Shown here piece after piece: positions 30,631 through 41,172 of a DNA stretch of 64,000 nt. A model generated the notes under the pieces. The model saw only the letters and a program-made list of their open reading frames with translations. It did not search any database and was not told the origin of the DNA. The number at the start of each line of letters is the position of its first letter. The first letter of the stretch is position 1. Source of the stretch: Patescibacteria group bacterium (lineage in GTDB: Bacteria > Acidobacteriota > Aminicenantia > UBA2199); the NCBI GenBank assembly GCA_035528155.1, contig DATKZA010000121.1:26554-90553 (forward strand). The letters are read 5' to 3'. The position numbers were made by a program, and so were the translations under genes.

Positions 30631-32235
30631 TCAACGGGGTTTTCCCGATTTATTGATTGCTTCGGCAGATTTGCCCTCCGGGCTTGGCACGGGAAAGGTC
30701 AGGCGGGTCTTCCAGCGCGGCAGCTCCCGGGTCAGATTCAGGAGCTCGATCAGGCCTACCGCCAGTTTTACCGTTTGACGCAGGCTTTCCAGCTCCCAGG
30801 CGGGGTCGTATTCGTCTTTGACCGTGTGGTAGGTGCCGCCCTTGAAAAATTCGGCGATGCGCTTGCGCCCCGAAACGAAGTTTTCTCCGGACGAAAGCCA
30901 GATGGCCGGAATTCCGGCCTGGGCGAAGGGGAACTGGTCGGAACGGTAGAAAAACCCCTGATCGGTCAGGGAAAACCGGCTGTAGCCCAGCCCTTGAGCC
31001 GCGGCCACCTGGCGCACGGTCTCCTCCAGGGTCGAATAGCGGCCCCCTACGGCGAAAGCGTCCAAACTCTTTTCCCAGACCGGCGTGGATTCAAAATTGA
31101 TGTTGGCCGCGATTTCTTCGCGTTTGCTGTCGGCCACGAAATATTTCGATCCCAGCAACCCCGCTTCCTCGGCCTGGCAGGCCAGGAAGGTCAGCCCATA
31201 ATGGAGTTCCTTGCCGGCGTTGGCAAAAATCCTGGCGACCAGTGCCAAGGCCGCCACGGCCGAGCCGTTGTCGATGGCGCCGTTGAATATCTGGTCGCCT
31301 TCCAGTTGTTCGTCACGGCCCAAATGGTCTATATGGGCACTGAGTACAATGTTTTTTCCCGAGCTGCCGGGAATTTCAGCGATTACATTGCGGGTTTTAA
31401 GCTGACGTGAGGAGTTACGGCCGGAAATCCTGATCTTGAAACCCAGGTCGACGGGGCGGAATTTGCGGCTGAGCGACTTGCGATACAGGTTCTCCAGGTC
31501 AATTTTATTTTCGGCTAAAAGTGATTTCAGGCTTGGTTCGCGGATCCAGCCCCTGAATTTCAGGTCGTTTTCCAGGCTGGCCGGCAGGTACAGCTCTTCG
31601 CCCGACCAGGAGTTTTTCACCACCTGCCAGTCGTAGCCGGCCGTGGCCGTAGTGTGGATGAGCAAAATGGCTGCTGCTCCGGCCCTGGCGGCTTCCTCGA
31701 TCTTGTAGATCCAGCGGCCGAAATAAGTCAAGGTGCTGCCGTCGAAAATCTGCGGAATGAACAGGCCGGGATCATTGACCCGCACCAGCAGGATTTTCCC
31801 GCGCAGGTCTGTTTTCTTGTAATCGTCCCATTCCCACAGGTGAGTGCGAATGCCGAAGCCGGCAAAAACGGCGTCGCCCTCGAAGCTGAACTGGTTTTCG
31901 GAGCGGGTATAACTCCCGACCGCATCCTCAAGAAACAACAACTCGCGCCCGCAGGCGGATACGTTCAAGGCGCTGAGTTGAAAGCCATGGAGAGCGAACG
32001 GCTGGAAGCGACTGTTCAGCCCCAGCTGCTTGAACAGGCTGTGCATATATATTTCCGCAAGTTCGCCGCCGCGTGTTCCTGGTGCCCGGCCTTCCAGGAC
32101 GTCGGCGCTCAGGAATTCGATCACGCTCTGTAACTGGCCTTGAGAAAGTTTGTCGCAACGGTCCTGCAGGTCGCTGGCCCCTGAAATCCATGTCAAACAC
32201 AAAATAGCCAGGGTGGTGAAGGTGATTTTTCTCAT
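30631..32235 (-). CDS. Secreted M28-family metallopeptidase with a PA domain
   Basis: Signal peptide; zinc-ligand blocks HIDHLGRD, NGAIDNGSAVAALL, ACQAEEAGLLGSKY. Confidence 0.75.
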   Translation of the reverse strand: MRKITFTTLAILCLTWISGASDLQDRCDKLSQGQLQSVIEFLSADVLEGRAPGTRGGELAEIYMHSLFKQLGLNSRFQPFALHGFQLSALNVSACGRELLFLEDAVGSYTRSENQFSFEGDAVFAGFGIRTHLWEWDDYKKTDLRGKILLVRVNDPGLFIPQIFDGSTLTYFGRWIYKIEEAARAGAAAILLIHTTATAGYDWQVVKNSWSGEELYLPASLENDLKFRGWIREPSLKSLLAENKIDLENLYRKSLSRKFRPVDLGFKIRISGRNSSRQLKTRNVIAEIPGSSGKNIVLSAHIDHLGRDEQLEGDQIFNGAIDNGSAVAALALVARIFANAGKELHYGLTFLACQAEEAGLLGSKYFVADSKREEIAANINFESTPVWEKSLDAFAVGGRYSTLEETVRQVAAAQGLGYSRFSLTDQGFFYRSDQFPFAQAGIPAIWLSSGENFVSGRKRIAEFFKGGTYHTVKDEYDPAWELESLRQTVKLAVGLIELLNLTRELPRWKTRLTFPVPSPEGKSAEAINKSGKPR

Positions 32236-32362
32236 ACCGCACCTCTATCATCCGATTTTAGTTGACGCGGGTCGCCAAGTCAAAATATTTTTTTGCGGCT
32301 CGGGGGGATTGAAGCTTTTTTCATTTTGTTGGAAAATAGGTCCAGCGGAGGAGGCAACGAGT

Positions 32363-33052
32363 ATGCCCGGATTACTGACAAAAGCAAAAACCTATTTGTT
32401 GCTGGGAACGTTGTTCATCGCCCTGGCCGGGATTGGCATCTTCCTGGAATTGACCAATCGCCTGGATGGAGATCCCTGGCTGCATGCAGCCGCGATCGTC
32501 ATGCTCAACCTGCTCCTGCTGCTTGGCTGCGTCAGCGTCGTCCGCGGCGCCGTCAGCGAACGGCTCGAATATTATTCCAGCATCGACCCCCTGACCGGCA
32601 TTATGAACCGGGTCTCCTTCTGGCGTGTTTTGGAAAAGGAGATTCGCAGGGTGGAGCGTTATCGCCATCCCCTGGCCATGATCATGCTGGATATCGATCA
32701 TTTCAAAGCCATCAACGATTCACAGGGATCTGCGGTCGGCGACCAGGTGCTGAAAACCATGGCCGGTGAGATCAAGAAAAACATCCGGGAAATTGATTTT
32801 TTCGCCCGTATCGGCGGTGAAGAATTTTTGATTTTGGCCCCGGAAACCGACCGGGAAAGAGCCGTGAACCTGGCGGAAAAGATCAGGGAAACGGTGGCCG
32901 CCATCTCTTTTGTCAAAGCCGGGCCCATCACCATCAGCCTGGGAGTGACACAATTTTGCGCCGGCGACCGGGCCGACCTGCTGCTGACAAAGGTAGACCA
33001 GGCGCTGACCCGGGCCAAGGCCGGCGGCCGCAACCGCGTGGTCTGCTCTTGA
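32363..33052 (+). CDS. Membrane-anchored diguanylate cyclase (GGDEF)
   Basis: Two TM helices followed by DPLTGIMNR...LDIDHFKAINDSQG...RIGGEEFLIL...TRAKAGGRNRV; GGAGGAGG RBS. Confidence 0.85.
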   Translation: MPGLLTKAKTYLLLGTLFIALAGIGIFLELTNRLDGDPWLHAAAIVMLNLLLLLGCVSVVRGAVSERLEYYSSIDPLTGIMNRVSFWRVLEKEIRRVERYRHPLAMIMLDIDHFKAINDSQGSAVGDQVLKTMAGEIKKNIREIDFFARIGGEEFLILAPETDRERAVNLAEKIRETVAAISFVKAGPITISLGVTQFCAGDRADLLLTKVDQALTRAKAGGRNRVVCS

Positions 33053-33070
33053 AAGCCGCCCCCATGGCTG

Positions 33071-34405
33071 TCAACGGCCGCTTTTCTTTTTTTTGAAATA
33101 GCAGCAATAGGTGTCGCGCCCCTTGGCTTTTGCGGCATACATGGCCTGATCGGCTTTCTTTATCAGGGTTTCGGCGCTGCAACCGTCATGGGGATAAATG
33201 GCCATGCCGATGCTGGTGCTGATCTGCATGCTGCGGCCGGCGATCAGATAAGGGCGGCGGATTTCAGCAAGGATTTTTCCGGCGATATTGCTGCCGGCTC
33301 GGACCCGGCCTGCTTCAGGGAGCAGGATCAGGAATTCGTCGCCGCCCAGGCGGGCCACGGTGTCGCTGCTGCGCAGTTGGTTTTGCAATCGGTCGCTGAC
33401 AACCTTGAGGAGTTCGTCGCCGATGCCGTGGCCGAAAGCGTCATTGATGGCCTTGAAGCCGTCCAGATCGAGATAAAGCAGCGTCACTTTTTTCCGGTGT
33501 CTTTTGGCTTGTTTCAGGGCCTGAACGAGGCGGTCCTGGAGCAGCGAGCGGTTGGGCAGCCCGGTCAGGGAATCCTGGTAGGCCATGCGGTGGATGGCCG
33601 CTTCCATAAGCTTGCGGCTGGTGATGTCGCGGTTGATGCTCAGAATGGCCGGTTGCTTTTTATAGGTGATTAGCGCCGCGTTGATTTCCAGCAGCATTTC
33701 ACTGCCGTCCTTGCGGAAATGGACGGTTTCGAAATTATGGAATATTTTCTCTTGCAAAATATTTTTAATACGCAATTTGCCGCGCCTGACATTTTTGCTG
33801 ATCTTTTCCAGCGATATGCCGATCATTTCCTGGCGGCTGAAGCCGTACAATTCGCAGGCGCGGAAGTTCACGTCCAGGATGATTTCGTCCTGCATGGTGA
33901 AGATGACGATGGCGTCGTGGGCGTTTTCGAACAACTGGCGGTAGTCCTGCTCCGATTGCCGCAAAGCAGCCTCGAAAAGCATGCGCTCGCTGATGTCGAC
34001 CAGGAGGCCGTCATAGTAGAGCACCCGGCCGTCAGGGCCCTTCACGGCTCGGGGGTAATCCCTGACCCAGATGGTCCTGCCGTCCTTGCTGCGCAGTTCG
34101 AATTCGCTGAAAGCGGCCAGGGAGGCGGCCAAGCGCTGCAGGTGGTCCCGTCGTGCTTTTTTTTTGACATAGAAGTCGTTGACATTCACCTGCCACAGGT
34201 CGGCAATCTTCTTGCAGCCCAGGATGTCGGCCAGCGCCTGGTTGGCCTCGATGATGCGGCCTTCGCTGGTGGTGCGGTAGACGCCGACCGGCAGGTGCTG
34301 GAGCAGATCCTGGTAGCGGAATTCACTCTCCCGCGCATTTTTCCCGGAAGCCGGCTCCCTGGCGCTCACGTTTTTGCTTGCTTGCGGTTTTTTCCTCTCT
34401 GCCAT
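33071..34405 (-). CDS. PAS-PAS-GGDEF diguanylate cyclase
   Basis: Two PAS modules then LTGLPNR...LDLDGFKAINDAFGH...RLGGDEFLILLP...AKAKGRDTY. Confidence 0.85.
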   Translation of the reverse strand: MAERKKPQASKNVSAREPASGKNARESEFRYQDLLQHLPVGVYRTTSEGRIIEANQALADILGCKKIADLWQVNVNDFYVKKKARRDHLQRLAASLAAFSEFELRSKDGRTIWVRDYPRAVKGPDGRVLYYDGLLVDISERMLFEAALRQSEQDYRQLFENAHDAIVIFTMQDEIILDVNFRACELYGFSRQEMIGISLEKISKNVRRGKLRIKNILQEKIFHNFETVHFRKDGSEMLLEINAALITYKKQPAILSINRDITSRKLMEAAIHRMAYQDSLTGLPNRSLLQDRLVQALKQAKRHRKKVTLLYLDLDGFKAINDAFGHGIGDELLKVVSDRLQNQLRSSDTVARLGGDEFLILLPEAGRVRAGSNIAGKILAEIRRPYLIAGRSMQISTSIGMAIYPHDGCSAETLIKKADQAMYAAKAKGRDTYCCYFKKKKSGR

Positions 34406-34459
34406 TTGCCAGAAAATTATATCCGAATCGCTTTATTTTAACAATATTTAACTTATTTC

Positions 34460-35425
34460 CTAGACCGGGATGACGCTGATATTTTCGGCCAATTCCTGGT
34501 GCAGCATGTTCTCGATGAACTGCAGGGTGCCCTTGGTGCTGCTGATGCAGCCCCGGCAGGCGCCCAGGTAACGGATATAGATGTTGATCTTCCCATCGGC
34601 TTCGCGGATGTCAACGACCTCCAGGCTGCCGCCGTCGGCGGCCAGGGCCGTACGGATTTTATCGTCCAGCGCTTTCTCGATGGCCCGGTGTTTCTGGATC
34701 AGGTTCTTGGCCGCGAAATCACCGGCGTCGGCCTGGGCGAAAAGCTTTTCCTGTTCCATGGCCATGCGGGTATCGCGCAGGATGTCGACCAGGTAATATT
34801 TGCGTTTTTCATGTCCGCCCGGGCGCAGGCAGGATTTACAGAAGGCCCCGGCCTTGGTGTATTGGGTGATCTCTTCGACCGTTTTCAGATCGTTGATGCG
34901 GATGACGTCCTTTATGGTGCGCAAGCCGACGCGGGCGCACTCACAGACGATATCTTCCTCGGCCAGGCTGGCCATGTCCACACCCTTGTAGACCGAAGCC
35001 GCTTTCTTGATGACGTCGTAGGCCATAACGCTGCAGTGCATTTTTTGGGGCGGGATGGCCGGGGTTTCGGCATTGTCGCGAAGTGACCTCTCCACCTCGA
35101 TGTTGGTGATCTTCAGGGCTTCGTCCACGGTTTTGCCCATGGACAGCTCGGCCATCATGTCCGACGAGGCGATGGCCGTGCCGCAGCCGAAACTCTTGAA
35201 TTTCGCCTGTAGAATGCGGTCGGTTTTGGGGTCCACGGCCCAATACAGGCGTACGGCGTCGCCGCAGGCCTCGGCACCCCAGTCTGCCACTACCAGCCGT
35301 GCTCCCAGGGCTTTTGCTTCCGCTTCACTGATCTCGCCCCGGTGCATGGGGTTATTCATGCGCTCGCTGACTATGCTGGAATATTGCTCCCAGAGGGCGC
35401 CGCCGATTAAATCGTTCTTTGCCAT
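34460..35425 (-). CDS. nifU: NifU-type Fe-S cluster assembly protein (N-terminal IscU-like, central BFD-like [2Fe-2S], C-terminal Nfu domain)
   Basis: IscU-like GAEACGDAVRLY...KFKSFGCGTAIASS; central CECARV...C..C; C-terminal GACRGCISS CxxC. Confidence 0.8.
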   Translation of the reverse strand: MAKNDLIGGALWEQYSSIVSERMNNPMHRGEISEAEAKALGARLVVADWGAEACGDAVRLYWAVDPKTDRILQAKFKSFGCGTAIASSDMMAELSMGKTVDEALKITNIEVERSLRDNAETPAIPPQKMHCSVMAYDVIKKAASVYKGVDMASLAEEDIVCECARVGLRTIKDVIRINDLKTVEEITQYTKAGAFCKSCLRPGGHEKRKYYLVDILRDTRMAMEQEKLFAQADAGDFAAKNLIQKHRAIEKALDDKIRTALAADGGSLEVVDIREADGKINIYIRYLGACRGCISSTKGTLQFIENMLHQELAENISVIPV

Positions 35426-35450
35426 TTTTCCTCATTCATGCTTCACGCTT

Positions 35451-36653
<1,203 letters not shown>

Positions 36654-36737
36654 TTATTATAAGTTCAACGGTTGCGGATTTCAATAGCCGCGGCCAATAA
36701 AATCCTCATATCGGTAATCTTTAAGAATATTTACGCT

Positions 36738-37055
36738 TCACTTATTTTGCGAGCGGATCATGGTCAGCATCATTTTGAACGGGGTGAGGGCCTTGAGCGC
36801 ATGCGACTGCTGGGCAGGCATGACCAGCATCTCGCCTTCGTTTACCAGGTGGGGGACCCCGGCGATGCGGATTTCGGCCCGGCCGTCGATAACCTGGACC
36901 AGGGCATCAAAGGGGGCGGTGTGTTCACTCAGGGCCTGGTCCTTGTCAAACGCGAAGAGGGTGACCGTTCCGCTCTCTTTTTCGACCAGGGTTTTGCTGA
37001 CGATGGCCTGTTTTTGATAGGCCACCATTTCGTTGATTTTCATGATTTCCGGCAT
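36738..37055 (-). CDS. Cupin-domain protein (start MPEIMK at 37055 with GGAGGA RBS; alternative ATG at 37043)
   Basis: Small beta-barrel cupin-like sequence (GEMLVMPA..H); located 14 nt downstream of the hcp stop. Confidence 0.55.
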   Translation of the reverse strand: MPEIMKINEMVAYQKQAIVSKTLVEKESGTVTLFAFDKDQALSEHTAPFDALVQVIDGRAEIRIAGVPHLVNEGEMLVMPAQQSHALKALTPFKMMLTMIRSQNK

Positions 37056-37068
37056 GTGTTCCTCCAGA

Positions 37069-38733
37069 TTATTTTTCGCCCTGCAGGCAAATGCGAATAT
37101 CTTCATCGGCCGTACCGATGGGTCTGATGGCAAATTTTTCCACGAGAACTTTCAGGACGTTGGGCGTGATGAATGCCGGCAATGTCGGCCCTAGCCGGAT
37201 GTTGCGCAAGCCCAGTGCCAGCAGGGTGAGCAGCACCACGACCGCCTTCTGCTCATACCAGGAAAGGATGAGCGACAGCGGCAGATCATTGACTCCGACC
37301 CCAAAAGCTTCGGCAAGGGCTTGGGCGATGCGGATGGCAGAGTAGGAGTCGTTGCACTGGCCGATGTCCAGTAGCCGCGGCAGGCCCTCGATGGTCCCGA
37401 ATTCGAGCTTGTTGAAGCGAAACTTGCCGCAGGCCAGGGTAAGGATGAGACAGTCGGCCGGAACTTTTTCGGCGAACTCGGTGTAATAGTTCCGTCCCGA
37501 CTTGGCTCCGTCACAACCACCTACTAGGAAAAAATGCCTGATCTTTCCTGACTTGACCGCGGCAACCACCTGGGCGGCGGCGCCGAGTACCGCCTGGTGG
37601 CCGAACCCGACGGTGATCGTCTTTCCCGGTTCGTCGGCAGGGAAACCTCCCAGCTCAATGGCCTTGGCAATCAGGAGTGAGAAATCCCTGCGGTCGGAGA
37701 TGTGGGCCACTCCAGGCCAGGCCACCAGCCCGGTAGTGAATATCCTGTCCATATATGATGCTTTCGACTTCTGGATGCAGTTTGTGGTCATGAGTATGGC
37801 GCCGGGAAAGCGCTCGAACTCTTTCTGTTGATCCTGCCAGGCGCCGCCGTAGTTGCCGGCCAGGTGGCTGAATTTCTTCAGGTTTGGGTAGCCGTGAGCC
37901 GGGAGCATCTCGCCGTGGGTGTATATCTGCACGCCTCGTCCTTCGGTCTGGCGCAGCAATTCATCCAGGTCAAGGAGATCATGTCCCGAGATCAGGATGG
38001 CCGGTCCTTTTTTCACTCCCAGCGCTACCTGAGTAGGGACGGGGTGACCGAAATGTCCGGTGTTGCCCTTGTCCAGCATTTCCATGCAACGCAGGTTGAC
38101 CAGGCCCAGTTCCATGTTCAGCTCCACCAGGTCGGCTGTGCCCAAACCTTCATCAACCAGTGCCGCCAGGGCCTTGTAGAAAAAAGCGGAAACAACTTCA
38201 TCGGTTTCTCCAAGGATGCCGGCATGGTCGGCGTAGGCGGCCATGCCCTTCAGTCCGTAAACCAGCAGTTCGCGCAGGCTGCGAATATCGGGGTCCAATT
38301 GCGGGTTGGCCATGATGCCGGCCATGGCGCCCTGTTTGAGCAGCCCTGCCATGGTCCCGGCCGGAATGAATTCCACCGCTTCCGCAAGCTGCCCGGAAAA
38401 AGTCCGTCCGTTCTTTTTTAAATAGAGTTCATGAAATTTATCTTTCAGGGTTTTCTTGATCTTGTAAGAACTGTCGATCCAGTCCTTGAGGCGCTGGGGA
38501 TCGAAGTCGACGTTGGTCACGGTGGTGAACAGGGCTTCGATCACGAAAAGATCCGTGCGCCCGTCGGCGTAGCCTAGTTCGCGCAAGCGCTGGCCCAGAA
38601 CGCCAATGCCCTTCAGTTCATTCATCAGCAGGTCCTGCAGCAGAGCTACTTCAGGGCTCTTGCCGCAAACACCGACGCGGGTGCAAGCTTGGCTATTGCT
38701 GGTTTGTTCGCATTGGTAGCAAAACATGTTCAT
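37069..38733 (-). CDS. hcp: Hybrid cluster protein / hydroxylamine reductase
   Basis: N-terminal MNMFCYQCEQT...C...C Cys cluster and full-length Hcp similarity. Confidence 0.9.
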   Translation of the reverse strand: MNMFCYQCEQTSNSQACTRVGVCGKSPEVALLQDLLMNELKGIGVLGQRLRELGYADGRTDLFVIEALFTTVTNVDFDPQRLKDWIDSSYKIKKTLKDKFHELYLKKNGRTFSGQLAEAVEFIPAGTMAGLLKQGAMAGIMANPQLDPDIRSLRELLVYGLKGMAAYADHAGILGETDEVVSAFFYKALAALVDEGLGTADLVELNMELGLVNLRCMEMLDKGNTGHFGHPVPTQVALGVKKGPAILISGHDLLDLDELLRQTEGRGVQIYTHGEMLPAHGYPNLKKFSHLAGNYGGAWQDQQKEFERFPGAILMTTNCIQKSKASYMDRIFTTGLVAWPGVAHISDRRDFSLLIAKAIELGGFPADEPGKTITVGFGHQAVLGAAAQVVAAVKSGKIRHFFLVGGCDGAKSGRNYYTEFAEKVPADCLILTLACGKFRFNKLEFGTIEGLPRLLDIGQCNDSYSAIRIAQALAEAFGVGVNDLPLSLILSWYEQKAVVVLLTLLALGLRNIRLGPTLPAFITPNVLKVLVEKFAIRPIGTADEDIRICLQGEK

Positions 38734-38745
38734 GGTTTTCTCCTT

Positions 38746-39612
38746 TTAGTTTTTTTCAAGCAATTGTCCTTGCAGCGAGATCGTATATTCGTGGAGCGGT
38801 ATTTGTTTGCCCGACTGGGTCAGGGCCCGGCGCACCAGGGTCACCGTACCCGTACAGCAGGGAACTTCCATGTGCACGACATGCAATGAGCGGATCGGGT
38901 GCAGGGTGAAAATCGCGGTCAACTTGTCCAGGTACTGCTCGATGGTATGGTCCAGTTTGGGGCAGAAGACGACTGGAATTTTGTTTTTGACAAAGTCATC
39001 GTGAAAGGCGGCATAGGCGAAGGGAACGCAGTCGGCCGCGATCAGCAGGTCGGCGTTGTCGAAAAAAGAAGCCTGGGGATTGAGCAACTGCAATTGCACG
39101 GGCCAGGTTTTCAGTTCCGAGGGGGCGGCGGCCATCGGCGTGGCGGCGGCGGTCGGCGCTTCGTCGCTGCGGCGGTCGTGCTGGCGCGAACCCGGGCAGC
39201 CATGGGTCTCCATGGCGGCCGTTGCCGGCTCCGGCGCGCAACAAGGCGGGGCTTCGTGCGGAACAGGGAGGGGGATGTCATGGTCGCGCAGGTACTGCCG
39301 TGCCTGTTCAAGATACGTTTTTTCATTATGGGCGGCAAGATGATCCATATGGGCGCGGATGACGTTTTCGCCCTGGCTCACGATATTGGCCATGACCCGC
39401 ATCTCGTCATAGGGCTCGGCTTCCCGCTCCTCGACGTGGATGGCGCCCAGCGGGCAGGTGCCGATGCAGGCGCCCAGCCCGTCGCAGAACAGGTCGGAGA
39501 TCAGCCGGGCCTTGTTGTCGATGAGCTGCAACGCCCCTTCGGGACAATTGGGCAGGCATTGGCCGCAGCCGTTGCAGACCTCGGTGTCAATGCGGATTAT
39601 TTTCCTTTTCAT
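38746..39612 (-). CDS. 4Fe-4S dicluster ferredoxin-domain protein with a C-terminal extension (possible electron donor for Hcp)
   Basis: CNGCGQCLPNCP and CDGLGACIGTCP ferredoxin motifs; additional Cys-rich C-terminus (CCAPEP, CPKLD, PCCTG). Confidence 0.65.
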   Translation of the reverse strand: MKRKIIRIDTEVCNGCGQCLPNCPEGALQLIDNKARLISDLFCDGLGACIGTCPLGAIHVEEREAEPYDEMRVMANIVSQGENVIRAHMDHLAAHNEKTYLEQARQYLRDHDIPLPVPHEAPPCCAPEPATAAMETHGCPGSRQHDRRSDEAPTAAATPMAAAPSELKTWPVQLQLLNPQASFFDNADLLIAADCVPFAYAAFHDDFVKNKIPVVFCPKLDHTIEQYLDKLTAIFTLHPIRSLHVVHMEVPCCTGTVTLVRRALTQSGKQIPLHEYTISLQGQLLEKN

Positions 39613-39613
39613 G

Positions 39614-40207
39614 TCAACCTCCTATGGGTATGCTGATGAGTGTTTCCAGAGAGCGCCACAGCTTTTTTCCGGCCCGCATCAGGTCGAAGCCGTAGCCGCT
39701 GACCCGCCACTGCATGACCAGCAGGCGCAACGAGCCCATGACCATGGTGAACAAATGCTCGGCCGGAAGGTCGCGTATCTTTTTTTGCTGCTTGCCGTTG
39801 CGGATGGTCGTGAGCAGCAGGCGGCGGTGGCTGCCCAGCACCTGGTGTATCTTGGCTGCAAGTTGCGGATCGTTCTGGAACAGGTTCTCGGCGAACATGA
39901 CCGTGGCCAGAACGGGATCACCGGCAAAGGTGCGGCAACGGTCGAGGAAAAACAGTTTGACCTTGTCCAGGCTTTCACAGTCGCAGGCGTTGATCCGGGC
40001 GAGCAGCTGCGCCGAACTGCGGGCAAAAAGGTCGATGATGGTACTCAGGATCTGCGCCTTGTTCTGAAAATGGCGGTATACCGCCGCGCCGCTGAAGCCT
40101 ACCCGGGCGGCGATGTTCTCGATGGTCAGCGCCTCCAGTCCCTGGTCGCTGATGATGTCCAGGGCGGCGGCGATGATCTCTTTCTGTCTGGCCGTGATTC
40201 CGTTCAT
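39614..40207 (-). CDS. TetR/AcrR-family transcriptional regulator (ATG at 40207 with AGGAAG RBS; alternative GTG at 40213)
   Basis: N-terminal HTH TARQKEIIAAALDIISDQGLEALTIENIAARVGFSGAAVYRHFQNK. Confidence 0.8.
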   Translation of the reverse strand: MNGITARQKEIIAAALDIISDQGLEALTIENIAARVGFSGAAVYRHFQNKAQILSTIIDLFARSSAQLLARINACDCESLDKVKLFFLDRCRTFAGDPVLATVMFAENLFQNDPQLAAKIHQVLGSHRRLLLTTIRNGKQQKKIRDLPAEHLFTMVMGSLRLLVMQWRVSGYGFDLMRAGKKLWRSLETLISIPIGG

Positions 40208-40218
40208 GCTCACTTCCT

Positions 40219-40238
40219 GTTAGTTAACAATCACTAAC
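40219..40238. promoter_or_regulatory. Inverted repeat GTTAGT-N8-ACTAAC immediately upstream of the TetR gene (candidate operator)
   Basis: gttagttaacaatcactaac is a perfect 6-bp-arm palindrome placed over the TetR RBS/5' region. Confidence 0.3.
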
Positions 40239-40400
40239 ATAACCATTATAGTATCAATTAAATGTTTTGTCAACTTTCATCTCAATTTTTATCTCCCCGG
40301 GCGGTTGACAGGGAAAAGTCCCTGTGTTACTACTGGGCCTTGCAGCGGATTCCCGGAAGTTTTTCCGTTCCGGACCCCTTGGCAAAGCCGGATCAATGCC

Positions 40401-41126
40401 ATGAAGCAGATGAACGTGGAACCTTGTTTGCGCCCTGGGCATGAGCAATACCCTTGGAGATTTTTTTTCGGCTACCTGGCCGCGGCCATCCTGTTCCGCT
40501 ACCTTTGCCACAGTCTGATGCTGATCCCGGTCCTGCTCAACGAATTGCGTCCGGCCCCCACCGTTCCCGACCTGCTCCTGTCCCTGGTGCCGCGCCTGGA
40601 CTGGCTGGCCCACATCAATTATTACCTCTGGATCGCCTGTTATTTCCCGCCCGCCCTGTACCTGCTCTACCGCGACCGCAAGCTTTTCGCCCGTTTTATC
40701 ATCCTGGACGGGATCATTTCCCTGAGCCGCGGTTTGATGATCCCGCTGACAGGCCTGGGCCCGCCGCATGGCGTCGACCTTAACGCCCTGCGCCCCTTTT
40801 CCTTGTGGACGACCTGGTGGCAGCTGGTCAATCCTTTCCGCGCCCTGATCGGTGACACGGCCGGGGTCTACCTTACCAAGGACATGTTCTTTTCCGGACA
40901 CATCGCCACCACGTTCCTGCTGTATTTGTTCGCGCGCCGGCTGGGGAAAAAGGAATCCCGGGCATTCCTGGTTCTGCAGATCTTTTCGCTGCTGGTGGTT
41001 TTCTTTTCGCACCTGCATTACACCATCGATGTCATCGGCGCCTATGCCATTACCTTCACCGTCTTCACCCTGGGCAACCGCTGGCTATGCCGAAACTTCC
41101 CCCGCTTCAACTGCCAGGGCTTTTGA
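40401..41126 (+). CDS. PAP2_C-like polytopic membrane protein (phosphatase/phosphotransferase superfamily)
   Basis: Six predicted TM helices; FFSGHIATT (SGH) and SHLHYTIDVIGAY (H..D) motifs resemble the PAP2_C / sphingomyelin-synthase-like catalytic core. Confidence 0.5.
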   Translation: MKQMNVEPCLRPGHEQYPWRFFFGYLAAAILFRYLCHSLMLIPVLLNELRPAPTVPDLLLSLVPRLDWLAHINYYLWIACYFPPALYLLYRDRKLFARFIILDGIISLSRGLMIPLTGLGPPHGVDLNALRPFSLWTTWWQLVNPFRALIGDTAGVYLTKDMFFSGHIATTFLLYLFARRLGKKESRAFLVLQIFSLLVVFFSHLHYTIDVIGAYAITFTVFTLGNRWLCRNFPRFNCQGF

Positions 41127-41172
41127 CAAAAAAAACCGCTTTATTTACAATCAAATAATAAAGGAGGGTCAT

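Noticed and set aside
40254-41018. 254-aa minus-strand ORF (MQVRKENHQQRKDLQNQE...)
   Set aside because: Low-complexity Gln/Arg/Gly/Pro-rich translation lying antisense to the well-supported PAP2_C-like membrane gene (40401-41126); a GC-driven artefact.
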